Source: Parcubacteria group bacterium GW2011_GWA2_40_23 (lineage in GTDB: Bacteria; Patescibacteriota; Patescibacteriia; UBA11705; JABHMO01). Taken from it: 64,000 nucleotides of DNA. Positions within the stretch are counted from its first letter, which is position 1, and each line of letters opens with the position of its first letter. Below are positions 40,086 to 49,241 of the stretch, piece after piece. The notes below the pieces were generated by a model. That model was not told the DNA's origin and ran no database searches. It saw only the letters and a program-made list of their open reading frames with translations. The translations under genes and the position numbers were made by a program. The stretch lies in the NCBI GenBank assembly GCA_000996245.1, contig LBYP01000001.1:17197-81196 (forward strand). Reading direction: 5' to 3'.

Positions 40086-40128
40086 ATTATAGCATACTTT
40101 TATCTTTTTGTCAACTCTTTTTGTCAAC
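40086..40128 (-). promoter_or_regulatory. Consensus sigma70 promoter of cassette 1 with duplicated -35
   Basis: TTGACA (40114-40109)-17 nt-(TGc)TATAAT (40091-40086); 13-bp tandem duplication tctttttgtcaac at 40103-40128. Confidence 0.85.
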
Positions 40129-40227
40129 TGTGAGTATAAGGGTTTTCTTTAACTGCACAGCAAGTCCATTTAAAGGAATGATAAATATTTTTATCTAAAT
40201 TTAAACGTTTTTTGTCTTTAACAAAAC

Positions 40228-40255
40228 AAAAAAAAGACAATTTTTGTCTTTTTTT
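40228..40255. terminator. Putative terminator downstream of tRNA-Val
   Basis: A8-gacaa-ttt-ttgtc-T7 inverted repeat. Confidence 0.45.
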
Positions 40256-40265
40256 AAAAGGTTTA

Positions 40266-40297
40266 CCATGAAGTCACACTTCGTGTGTACTTCATGG
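40266..40297 (-). repeat. 32-nt bulged palindrome fused to tRNA-Val CCA
   Basis: Minus strand CCATGAAGT-A-CACAC-GAA-GTGTG-ACTTCATGG. Confidence 0.85.
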
Positions 40298-40371
40298 TGG
40301 ACGCTAGTGGGGTCGAACCACTGACCTCCTCGACGTCAACGAGGCGCTCTAGCCAACTGAGCTAAGCGTCC
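40295..40371 (-). tRNA. tRNA-Val(GAC)
   Basis: GGACGCTTAGCTCAGTTGG...CCTCG-TTGACGT-CGAGG...GGTTCGACCC...GCGTCCACCA cloverleaf. Confidence 0.95.
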
Positions 40372-40619
40372 ACAAAGTACAGACTTTGCCTGACTTTATG
40401 GCAAGCCCCTAGTCGGCAAAGCTGTTTTTGATGGACAATAGATTTGTTTTTTATTAACGTGGCTTGTCACGTACTGACGTATGGTTCACCAGGAAGTACA
40501 CACGAAGTGTGACTTCATGGCAAGCCAGGCAGTATAAACAGAGTTTAACTTCATAGCAAGCCTAAAGCTATGCTGTCGTATGGTTCACCATAAAGTCACG
40601 CGTAGCGTGTACTTTATGG
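40370..40619. repeat. Cluster of the same 32-nt palindromic element between the two tRNAs
   Basis: Copies at 40370-40401 (+), 40489-40520 (+), 40525-40556 (+, degenerate) and 40588-40619 (-); flanking hexamers CAAGCC and GGTTCA. Confidence 0.8.
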
Positions 40620-40693
40620 TGGGCCTGATGGGACTCGGACCCATGACCCCCACTTTATAAGAGTGGTGCTCTAACCAGCTGAGCTACAGGCCC
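40617..40693 (-). tRNA. tRNA-Ile(UAU)
   Basis: GGGCCTGTAGCTCAGCTGGTTAGAGCA-CCACT-CTTATAA-AGTGG...ATGGG-TCCGAGT-CCCAT-CAGGCCCACCA. Confidence 0.9.
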
Positions 40694-40851
40694 TGAACTA
40701 CTCGTTCCTCGAGTTCAGGGCAAGCCCGAATCGAGGATGCGGAAAAATAGTGTGCTTCGCTCGGGTTTCGGGCAAGCCCTTCATCGAGGAAAGCGATCAA
40801 ACGTGATTGAATAATATCAAATATCAAACTATTTGTCGAGGTAAGAAGCAG

Positions 40852-41967
40852 CTAAAGTATTATTTGGGCAGCGGTTTCTAGAATGCTTTGCTTATTGGTA
40901 TTGAAAGGGAATTTAATCAAAGTCTTTTGACCTTGTGGGTTATAAATACTAAAGTAATTCCTTAAATCAACACCTTTTTCTGATTTAATAATGGAATAGG
41001 TTTGATTTCCTTTTTGAAAGAAAATTATTGAAAGTTCCACTGTCGGTATGTTGCTGATTAACTCCTCAAGAACACCTGAGAGGTCTTTTTCATCTGTCCT
41101 AGTATCAAAAAAGTCTTGTTCTGTAATTTCGGTCCAAGCAATCTTTTGTCTAACATCCGTCTCAAGTTTTAAAAGTGTTTTACCCCACAAGCGAAGAGTA
41201 TTTACTGATCTTGTCTGATAAAGGTTTTTGATAATAGAATCTCGTTCGGCCCCTGCAGCCATAAGTTGGCTGGCGATATTTAAGCTTTTGGGAGTAATTG
41301 TTGGAATTTTAAAACTCTTGGTTCTTTCTATCATGCCGGTTAAAAGATGCGTGGCCATTTGCTCATCCATAAGGCTAGGATCGAGCGAATCAATTAAATC
41401 ATAAAGGATTTCGGAAACTGAGGTTGCAGTTATATTAATCAAATTGATATGGCCATAATGTTCGTTTTCTGGTGAATAATCAATGTTGATAATGGGTACA
41501 TTGAAGAAAAATTCAGTATTGTCTTCGTAAAATTTTTCTAGTGATGAAAGATCTGGTGTATTCAAGGTAATAATCAGATCATGTTTATAGCTGGTTTCAG
41601 AAATTTTAATATTTTCTTTGGTAAAATCAGCTTGATCTGAGTTAATGTGAATATGTAACTGATTGTCTCGTTCTTCATGCTCTAGATGATGGCTTCTAAT
41701 GGCTGGGTGATCAAGCGAGATCGTGACCCGTTTAAGGTTAGTACTTTGTCTTTTAATCTTTTCAACCCCTTCTAAAAATTTAAAATTGTCCGGCAATTCG
41801 TATTGCGGCGCAATGATATCACAAGAGCGATTCCATTTTTTAAGTAAGCGACCAAGAGCTAGGCTGCTGGCAACCACATCACCGGTTGCTTCTTTGTGGA
41901 AGGTGATGAGTGGGTACTGACTTTTCTGGATCGTTTCGTAGAGTTGTTGTTGCTGTGTTAAAGACAT
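40852..41967 (-). CDS. DHH family (NrnA-like) protein with degenerate catalytic motifs
   Basis: DHH-family layout (INIDYS in place of INIDHH; ATSVSEI; LRLWG); start at ATG 41967. Confidence 0.75.
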   Translation of the reverse strand: MSLTQQQQLYETIQKSQYPLITFHKEATGDVVASSLALGRLLKKWNRSCDIIAPQYELPDNFKFLEGVEKIKRQSTNLKRVTISLDHPAIRSHHLEHEERDNQLHIHINSDQADFTKENIKISETSYKHDLIITLNTPDLSSLEKFYEDNTEFFFNVPIINIDYSPENEHYGHINLINITATSVSEILYDLIDSLDPSLMDEQMATHLLTGMIERTKSFKIPTITPKSLNIASQLMAAGAERDSIIKNLYQTRSVNTLRLWGKTLLKLETDVRQKIAWTEITEQDFFDTRTDEKDLSGVLEELISNIPTVELSIIFFQKGNQTYSIIKSEKGVDLRNYFSIYNPQGQKTLIKFPFNTNKQSILETAAQIIL

Positions 41968-42013
41968 AAATGAAAGTGACGGGGTAGCTACCTTAAAGCC
42001 ACACAATCAAGAT

Positions 42014-42042
42014 ATTGTATAGAAAACAGTAACTACTGTCAA
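42014..42042 (-). promoter_or_regulatory. Sigma70 promoter of DHH gene
   Basis: TTGACA-17 nt-TACAAT on the minus strand. Confidence 0.7.
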
Positions 42043-42156
42043 GGTATGAGTGGGGGTAAACCATAACTGCTTTATTGTGTCAATTTTGTTGTAATTTTGG
42101 GGGTTATATGGTATTATTTAGGCAGTTAGTTTGTGGTAAATTAATATTTTTTTAGT

Positions 42157-45100
42157 ATGGAAATTGATAAAGCTTATAGCCCCCAGGAAAAAGAAGAAAA
42201 AATTTATACTGATTGGCAAAAAAAAGGACTTTTTAATCCAGATACTTTAAATAGAAAAGGCGCCAAGGCTTTCTCAATTGTTTTACCGCCGCCAAATGTT
42301 ACCGGCACTTTGCATTTGGGGCATGCTTCGATGTTGGCTATTGAAGATTTAATGATCCGCTATAAACGCATGCAAGGTTTCGATACTCTATGGGTACCAG
42401 GGACAGACCATGCGGCTATTGCCACTCAAAATGTGGTTGAGAAAAAAATTTATAATGAAGCCAAAAAGACTCGTCACGATTTTGAGCGTGATGATTTTTT
42501 ATCTTTAGTGGCTGATTTTGCTGAAAAATCAAAAGAGACAATCCGCAATCAAGTGCGAAAAATGGGTTCAAGCTTAGATTGGAGTCGCGAAGCTTATACG
42601 TTGGATGAGGTTAGAAGTAAGGCTGTCAAAAAAGTTTTCAAAATGATGTCTGACGATGGTTTGGTTTATCGTGGATACCGTATCGTCAATTGGTGCCCGC
42701 GATGTCACACAACTTTAGCTGACGATGAAATTGTATACAAGGAAACAAAGAGTAAATTATATTGGATAAAATATGGTCCGTTTGTTTTAGCTACAACTAG
42801 GCCTGAAACAAAGCTGGGAGATACGGCTGTAGCTGTAAATCCAGGCGACGAACGTTATAAAGACATGGTCGGAAAGAAATATATGATCCCAGGGGTTTTG
42901 GGAGAGTTTGAAATTACTGTTATTGCTGATGAAGCAGTTGATCCTGTCTTTGGTTCTGGCGCAGTTAAAGTTACGCCAGGACATAGTGTAGTTGATTATG
43001 ACATGGCTATGCGTCATCACATTAAAGTTAAAAAGATTATCGACGAAGATGGTCGCATGATGGCAAATTGTGGAAAGTATGCCGGCATGACAACGTTCGA
43101 AGCGCGCGAAGCGATTGTCAAAGATATGCAAGCTATGGGTTTGATCGAAAAGATTGATGAAGATTATGATAATAAATTGTCAGTTTGTTATCGTTGCAAA
43201 ACAATCGTGGAACCATTGCCATCGTCTCAATGGTTTATTGATGTTAATAAAAAAATTATTAAGAAAGATAATAAGTATTTTAAAAATGGAGCTTCGCTTA
43301 AAGAAGTATCGCTCAAAGTTGTGCGTGATGGAGAAATTAAAATTATTCCTGAGAGATTTGAAAAAACATATTTTCAATGGATGGAAAATTTGCGTCCTTG
43401 GTGTATTTCACGTCAAATATGGTTTGGCCATCGCATTCCTGTTTGGTATAAAAAACAAAAATCTTTTTTGGTTATGGCTTCACGTCACGGAGAAGCTAAA
43501 AATAATCACGAAAAGCTTTTAAATTCAGATATAAACTATCGTTCATATACGTTAACTGAAAAAGGCAGAGCCGATATTGCCGCTGATGCTGAAAGATTGA
43601 AACGAGAAGGACATAAATTCGATATAATTTTTACTTCAGACTTTGAAAGAACAATGCAAACTGCAAAAGTTTTTGCAGAAGCTTTTAAGGCTGAAATTAT
43701 TCCAGAAAAACGTTTACGTGAAGTCGGTATGGGTGAGTTTGATGGGCAAGAAGATGTGCCCGAAGGACCATTTGACCAATTGCGTAATAATTTTGAGGGC
43801 TGGCATCACAATAGTCCAAAGGGAATTGAATCTTTTGATAGTTTAAAGATACGGGTCGAATCCTTTCTTAATGAAATTAAAGCTAAATATCCAGATAAGA
43901 AAGTTATGATTGTAACTCATGGTGACCCACTGAGAATTATAAATGGATACGGCACAGATTTTTCTGACGAAGAAATATTTAATTTGGGTTTTCCTGGAGT
44001 CGGTGAACAGATTTGGATTGATTTAGCTCGTAAAAAAGAACGAGTTGTGACAGAAGAGGTTTTGGATTCTAGTGAATGGGAACAAGATTCAGACACCCTT
44101 GATACTTGGTTCTCGGCCGGACTTTGGTCATTTACAACTTTGTTGCCAAAGGATTGGGACGGCAAAGACTTCAAGTCCGCTGACATGAAACGATTTCACC
44201 CCACAACAGTTTTAGAAACAGGTTATGATATTATTTTCTTTTGGGTAGCGCGTATGATTCTTATGACCACTTATGTTTTGGGTGAAGTGCCATTTGAAAA
44301 TGTTTATTTACATGGTTTGATCCGGGATATAGACGGCGAAAAAATGTCAAAATCAAAACCGGAGACATCCATCGATCCATTAGACGCGGGGAACAAATAT
44401 GGTTTTGATGCGGTTCGTCTCAGCCTCTTGATTGGCAACTCTGCTGGCAATGATATTCGTTTATACGATGAAAAAATTGAAAGCTATCGTAATTTCGTTA
44501 ATAAACTTTGGAATGTGGCTCGTTTCATTTTAACTTCGGTTTCAGATATCTCAGTTGACACCAAGAATCTTGTGGGAGACACTTTAGCTGATAAGTGGAT
44601 TCTGTCCCGATTCAACACTTTGAAACGCGAAGTTACTAGATTATTAGATGAATACAATTTTTCTTTGGCTGGTGAAATGCTACGAGATTTTACTTGGTAC
44701 GAACTCGCTGATTGGTATTTGGAAATTGCTAAAGTCGAAAAAAATAAAGATGCTATTTTGATGAGTATACTTAAAGAGGTTTTGGCTATGTGGCATCCAT
44801 TCGTTCCATTCGTTACAGAAGCGATTTGGAGTAATCTTAATCAACCAGAACAATTGATCGTCAGCGCTTGGCCGGAGACACAGAAAGATTTTATCGACGA
44901 AAAGATCGAAAAACAATTTGAAGTTATTAAACAGATCACAGTCGGAATCCGAAACGTCAGAGCTGAATATAATATTCCATATTCAAAAGACATTGAAGCG
45001 ATCGTCGCTGTAAATTCAGATGCCGAAATGATTGAATCAAATCAAGATGTTGTGAAAAGAATTACACGATTAACAGAATTCAAAGTTGTCGAAGTCGCTA

Positions 45101-45390
45101 AGGGCACAGAATATCCTCAACCAGAAGGTTATGTTTCTGGCGGAACATTTAGTCTCGGGACAGTTTTTGTTAATCTTTCCGGTGCAGTAGATTTGAGTAA
45201 AGAAAGGGAACGCTTACAAAAAGAATTAGATAGTTTAGAAAAATATCTTTCTGGATTAGAAAAGAAATTGTCGAACGATGAGTATGTTAAAAATGCTCCG
45301 GCGAATATTGTGGAAGCAGATAAGGCTCGTCAACTTGAGTCTCAGGAGAAAGTCACGAGCTTGAAAGCACAAATTGCAGAATTAAAATAA
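42157..45390 (+). CDS. valS: Valine--tRNA ligase with inserted histidine-phosphatase domain
   Basis: PPPNVTGTLHLGH, WCISRQ, DTWFS, KMSKS; internal RHG...HG domain. Confidence 0.96.
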   Translation: MEIDKAYSPQEKEEKIYTDWQKKGLFNPDTLNRKGAKAFSIVLPPPNVTGTLHLGHASMLAIEDLMIRYKRMQGFDTLWVPGTDHAAIATQNVVEKKIYNEAKKTRHDFERDDFLSLVADFAEKSKETIRNQVRKMGSSLDWSREAYTLDEVRSKAVKKVFKMMSDDGLVYRGYRIVNWCPRCHTTLADDEIVYKETKSKLYWIKYGPFVLATTRPETKLGDTAVAVNPGDERYKDMVGKKYMIPGVLGEFEITVIADEAVDPVFGSGAVKVTPGHSVVDYDMAMRHHIKVKKIIDEDGRMMANCGKYAGMTTFEAREAIVKDMQAMGLIEKIDEDYDNKLSVCYRCKTIVEPLPSSQWFIDVNKKIIKKDNKYFKNGASLKEVSLKVVRDGEIKIIPERFEKTYFQWMENLRPWCISRQIWFGHRIPVWYKKQKSFLVMASRHGEAKNNHEKLLNSDINYRSYTLTEKGRADIAADAERLKREGHKFDIIFTSDFERTMQTAKVFAEAFKAEIIPEKRLREVGMGEFDGQEDVPEGPFDQLRNNFEGWHHNSPKGIESFDSLKIRVESFLNEIKAKYPDKKVMIVTHGDPLRIINGYGTDFSDEEIFNLGFPGVGEQIWIDLARKKERVVTEEVLDSSEWEQDSDTLDTWFSAGLWSFTTLLPKDWDGKDFKSADMKRFHPTTVLETGYDIIFFWVARMILMTTYVLGEVPFENVYLHGLIRDIDGEKMSKSKPETSIDPLDAGNKYGFDAVRLSLLIGNSAGNDIRLYDEKIESYRNFVNKLWNVARFILTSVSDISVDTKNLVGDTLADKWILSRFNTLKREVTRLLDEYNFSLAGEMLRDFTWYELADWYLEIAKVEKNKDAILMSILKEVLAMWHPFVPFVTEAIWSNLNQPEQLIVSAWPETQKDFIDEKIEKQFEVIKQITVGIRNVRAEYNIPYSKDIEAIVAVNSDAEMIESNQDVVKRITRLTEFKVVEVAKGTEYPQPEGYVSGGTFSLGTVFVNLSGAVDLSKERERLQKELDSLEKYLSGLEKKLSNDEYVKNAPANIVEADKARQLESQEKVTSLKAQIAELK

Positions 45391-45425
45391 CCCACGCCTT
45401 TCTCGAAAGGCGGGATACAAATTAT

Positions 45426-46610
45426 ATGCCAACTGACACTGATTCTAAAAAAATTGAAGAATTATTAACGCGTGGTGTTGAGGAAGTTATCGATCGTGAA
45501 AGTTTAAAGAAAAAACTTCAAAGTGGAAAAAAATTACGCATTAAGTTCGGAGTTGATCCAACTTCTCCTGATTTACATGTTGGGCATGCTGTTCCATTAC
45601 GAAAGCTGAGACAATTTCAAGACGCGGGGCATCAAGTTATTCTGCTCATTGGTGATTATACAGCAATGGTCGGAGATCCAAGTGGGAGGAATGAAACTCG
45701 TCCAATGTTGGCACGGGAAGATGTTGAGAAGAACATGAAAACGTATATAGAACAAGCAACTCGTATTTTGAAAATGGATGATGTTGAGTTGCGTTATAAT
45801 AGTGAGTGGTATGAAGATAAGGGCTGGAACTTTATTATGTCTCTAACGGGGAAAATTACTGTTGCTCGTGTTTTAGATAGAGATGATTTTCAAAAGAGAT
45901 TAAAAGAGGGTTCAGATATTCAAATGCAGGAAATATTGTATCCTCTTATGCAGGGGTATGATTCTGTCGAATTGAAGGCGGATGTTGAAATTGGTGGTAC
46001 TGATCAGAAATTTAATATGTTGATGGGAAGAAAGCTACAAAAAAAATATAATGAACCCGAACAGGATGTGATAACAATTCCATTGCTTGTGGGTCTTGAT
46101 GGTGAAAAAAAGATGAGTAAAAGCTATGGTAATTACATTGCTCTTACGGATTCGGTTGAGGAAATGTTTGGGAAAATTATGTCTATTCCTGATCATCTGA
46201 TTATAAAATATTTTGAGTTAGCCACGGCAACATCAATGGAGAAGATTGAAGAGATTAAACATAGAATGGAGAACGGAGAAAATCCACGCGACTTAAAGTT
46301 AGAGTTGGCTGGAGCTGTCGTCGAAATATATTATGGCGTTAAAGCTGCCACTGAAGCCAAGGAAAACTTTTTACAAATGTTTCAAAAGAAAGAAGTGCCA
46401 GATGATATTGCAGAATTGAAATTAGCAGGTGCTTCCATCATCGATGTTTTGGTTGAAGCAAAGTTTGTGACTTCAAAAACCGATGCTCGTCGTAACATTG
46501 AACAAAAAGGCGTCAAGTTGAATGGGGCTGTCGTCTCGGATCTTGCTCAAACTGTAAAAAGCGGGGACATAATTCAAAAAGGTAAAAGGTTTTTCATCAA
46601 AATAAAATAA
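45426..46610 (+). CDS. tyrS: Tyrosine--tRNA ligase
   Basis: GVDPTSPDLHVGH, YPLMQGYD, GGTDQ, KMSKS, C-terminal S4 domain. Confidence 0.96.
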   Translation: MPTDTDSKKIEELLTRGVEEVIDRESLKKKLQSGKKLRIKFGVDPTSPDLHVGHAVPLRKLRQFQDAGHQVILLIGDYTAMVGDPSGRNETRPMLAREDVEKNMKTYIEQATRILKMDDVELRYNSEWYEDKGWNFIMSLTGKITVARVLDRDDFQKRLKEGSDIQMQEILYPLMQGYDSVELKADVEIGGTDQKFNMLMGRKLQKKYNEPEQDVITIPLLVGLDGEKKMSKSYGNYIALTDSVEEMFGKIMSIPDHLIIKYFELATATSMEKIEEIKHRMENGENPRDLKLELAGAVVEIYYGVKAATEAKENFLQMFQKKEVPDDIAELKLAGASIIDVLVEAKFVTSKTDARRNIEQKGVKLNGAVVSDLAQTVKSGDIIQKGKRFFIKIK

Positions 46611-46614
46611 AAGT

Positions 46615-47055
46615 ATGAAAATTTTGGTCTTGCTCGAAAATTTAGTTCTAAACCCAGACGCAGATTATGCTGTCATCGAATCATCAATGAATAAAATCCA
46701 TAAATGGTTAGACGCTGGTGCTGAGGTAGAATATTTAACAGGTATCAATAAGTTTTTAGAACTTAAAAAGATTGATGATCGTTTTCATGACCTTGATTTA
46801 CCAGATGCCAAGGTTCATAAAAAACAGGAAACAGAAAAATTTAAAGAAGTTTTAGAAATGGTTTCCCCCAGTTTCTTTATTGATTTAAAAGGAAGTTTGG
46901 ATGGCGAAAAAGACATCTCTTCTCAACTAAATGGTGAAAATAAAATTGCAGCTATTGTTTTAGCTGATTTGGCCGAAATGACAAAACTGCCGGATTATCT
47001 CGAAGAACTGAAAGATTATTTAGAGGAAGAAGAAGTTGTTGAAGAAGTAGAATAA
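46615..47055 (+). CDS. Acidic hypothetical protein (possibly degenerate HAD fold)
   Basis: ORF tightly packed between tyrS and argS. Confidence 0.65.
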   Translation: MKILVLLENLVLNPDADYAVIESSMNKIHKWLDAGAEVEYLTGINKFLELKKIDDRFHDLDLPDAKVHKKQETEKFKEVLEMVSPSFFIDLKGSLDGEKDISSQLNGENKIAAIVLADLAEMTKLPDYLEELKDYLEEEEVVEEVE

Positions 47056-47056
47056 T

Positions 47057-48751
47057 ATGATTGATATTAAAACACAACTCAGCCGCGAAATCGGGAAGAT
47101 AGTCAATCTCGCGGTTAGTGCTATGGATTTCGCGGCACCGCCAAATGTGAATTTGGGCGATTTAGCATTTCCATGTTTTAATTTGGCTAAGGAATTAAAG
47201 ACAAATCCAAATGAAGTAGCTAATAATATTGCCGAAAAATTAAGTTCCAGTAAGATTGTCTCAAGTTGTAAGGCCGCTGGACCTTATGTCAATATTATTG
47301 TTAAAGACGAAGCTTTAATAAATTTACTCAGCGAAAATATTTTAGCTAATGAACAATTCGGAGTCGGCCAAGACAAGAAAACGAAATTGATGGTTGAGTT
47401 TGCTCATCCAAATACTTTAAAATCTTTTCATATTGGTCATCTTCGCAATATTGTGACGGGTGAAAGCATCGCTCGTATTTTGCAAAATGATGGTTATGAA
47501 GTAGTTAGAGCCAATTATCAAGGTGATGTGGGCTTGCATATTCCAAAAGCTCTTTGGGGGATCAAACAACTTTGGGGTGAATATGAGTCAATTAAAAAAG
47601 CTTCGGTAGAAAAGCGAGTAGCCTTTTTAGGTAAGGCCTATGCTTTTGGTTCTCAGAATTTCGAAAAAGATGAAGCGGTTAAAACTCAAGTATATGAGTT
47701 AAATGAAAAAATTTATAAGTTAAGTCCAGATATTGAAGAACTCTATCAAGAAACCAGAACTTGGAGTTTAGAATATTTTGATCATATCTATGCCAGAGTT
47801 GATACCAAATTTGATCGTCTGTATTTTGAATCAGAAACTTTCAAACGCGGGAAAGAAATAGTCGAAAAATTTATTAAAAAGGGAATTTTTGAAAAAAGCG
47901 AAGGTGCCATAATTTTCCCAGGCGAGAAATTCGGATTACACAATCGAGTTTTTATTAGTAGTAAGGGCGCGCCAATGTACGAAGCCAAGGATATTGCTTT
48001 AGCTGAAATGCAGTTTAAAGAATTTAATCCGAAAAAAATTATTCACGTTGTCGGCAAAGAACAAACAGAATATTTTAAAGTTATTTTTGAAGCTTTGAGT
48101 CAGGTTTTCCCAAAGTTAAAAGGGCGCGAGTTCCATTTAGCATATGGATGGGTTTCTTTAAAGCATGGTAAAATGAGTTCACGTACTGGCCAAGTTGTTT
48201 TGGGTGAATGGCTTTTGGATGAAGTAGAAAAACAAGTTCAAGAGATCATGAAGGATTCAGATATCAAGAAAAAGGATGCGACGATCAGCGCCGTATCTTT
48301 AGCGGCTGTTAAATATGCTTTACTAAAAGTCGGAGTAAAAATTGATTTGGCTTTCGACATAAACGAATCTGTTAGTCTTTCTGGCGACAGCGGACCATAT
48401 TTACTTTATATTAATGCCCGTATTAATAGTATTCTAGCCAAAGCATCAGGTAAAATAGTAGGGCGTAAATTGGGAATTGATACAATCCATTCAAGCGAGA
48501 AAAAAATAATAATGAGTTTGTCCAATTTTGCTGAAGCCACCGAGAAGGCCGCGGACGAACTTGATCCCTCAGTCATTGCTCGATATTTATTTAATTTAGC
48601 GCAAGATTTTAATACTTTTTACGCTGAATGCCCAGTTTTGCAAGCCGAAGAGAAGATTAAAATATGGAGACTTCAAATAATTACAGCCGTACGTGATGTG
48701 ATGAATAGCGGTTTAAACCTGTTGGGCATCCCTGTTGTCGAGAAAATGTAG
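47057..48751 (+). CDS. argS: Arginine--tRNA ligase
   Basis: PNTLKSFHIGHLRN, KMSSRTG, GDSGPYLLY, C-terminal EKM. Confidence 0.96.
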   Translation: MIDIKTQLSREIGKIVNLAVSAMDFAAPPNVNLGDLAFPCFNLAKELKTNPNEVANNIAEKLSSSKIVSSCKAAGPYVNIIVKDEALINLLSENILANEQFGVGQDKKTKLMVEFAHPNTLKSFHIGHLRNIVTGESIARILQNDGYEVVRANYQGDVGLHIPKALWGIKQLWGEYESIKKASVEKRVAFLGKAYAFGSQNFEKDEAVKTQVYELNEKIYKLSPDIEELYQETRTWSLEYFDHIYARVDTKFDRLYFESETFKRGKEIVEKFIKKGIFEKSEGAIIFPGEKFGLHNRVFISSKGAPMYEAKDIALAEMQFKEFNPKKIIHVVGKEQTEYFKVIFEALSQVFPKLKGREFHLAYGWVSLKHGKMSSRTGQVVLGEWLLDEVEKQVQEIMKDSDIKKKDATISAVSLAAVKYALLKVGVKIDLAFDINESVSLSGDSGPYLLYINARINSILAKASGKIVGRKLGIDTIHSSEKKIIMSLSNFAEATEKAADELDPSVIARYLFNLAQDFNTFYAECPVLQAEEKIKIWRLQIITAVRDVMNSGLNLLGIPVVEKM

Positions 48752-48754
48752 TTT

Positions 48755-48783
48755 TTGACTTAAGAGGGGCAATATATTAAGAT
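48755..48783 (+). promoter_or_regulatory. Putative promoter
   Basis: TTGACT-17 nt-TAAGAT upstream of the bactofilin gene. Confidence 0.55.
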
Positions 48784-48810
48784 AGCTTTTAATGGAGGGG
48801 TTTATAAATA

Positions 48811-49233
48811 ATGTCAAAGCGTATGTTTAAAAACAATGAGGATGAGGGTTATGGTCCTGAAACCAATGGGGTAGAGGATACTTTGATTGGTAGTTCAATA
48901 AAAATTGAAGGTGATTTGGTTAGTAATGGCAGTATCAACGTTGAAGGTGAAGTTGTAGGAAGTTTGAAAACTGAAAAACGCTTACGTGTGGGAGAAAAGG
49001 CCAAGGTTGTAGCTGATGTTAAAGCTCAAGAAGCTTTTATTTCTGGCACAATTCAAGGCAATATTACGGTTGGTGGACGCTTGGAATTATCAAGCACGGC
49101 TAGAGTTACAGGGGACATTCAATCTGCGACACTTTCAATTGCTGCTGGTGCTATTTTTAATGGCAAATCAACAATGCAAGAAATTTCAAGTATTAAAGTT
49201 GAGAAGAAACAAGAAGAAGTTGATGAAGAATAG
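48811..49233 (+). CDS. Bactofilin (polymer-forming cytoskeletal protein, DUF583)
   Basis: TLIG..IKIEGDL...VEGEVVG beta-helix repeats, GAIFNG. Confidence 0.9.
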   Translation: MSKRMFKNNEDEGYGPETNGVEDTLIGSSIKIEGDLVSNGSINVEGEVVGSLKTEKRLRVGEKAKVVADVKAQEAFISGTIQGNITVGGRLELSSTARVTGDIQSATLSIAAGAIFNGKSTMQEISSIKVEKKQEEVDEE

Positions 49234-49241
49234 ATTTAGCT

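Noticed and set aside
45394-45414. Hairpin between valS and tyrS (and at 55999-56021) as T-box or repeat family
   Set aside because: Too short, no T-box consensus and no second copy in the window; likely simple stabilising or terminating stems.
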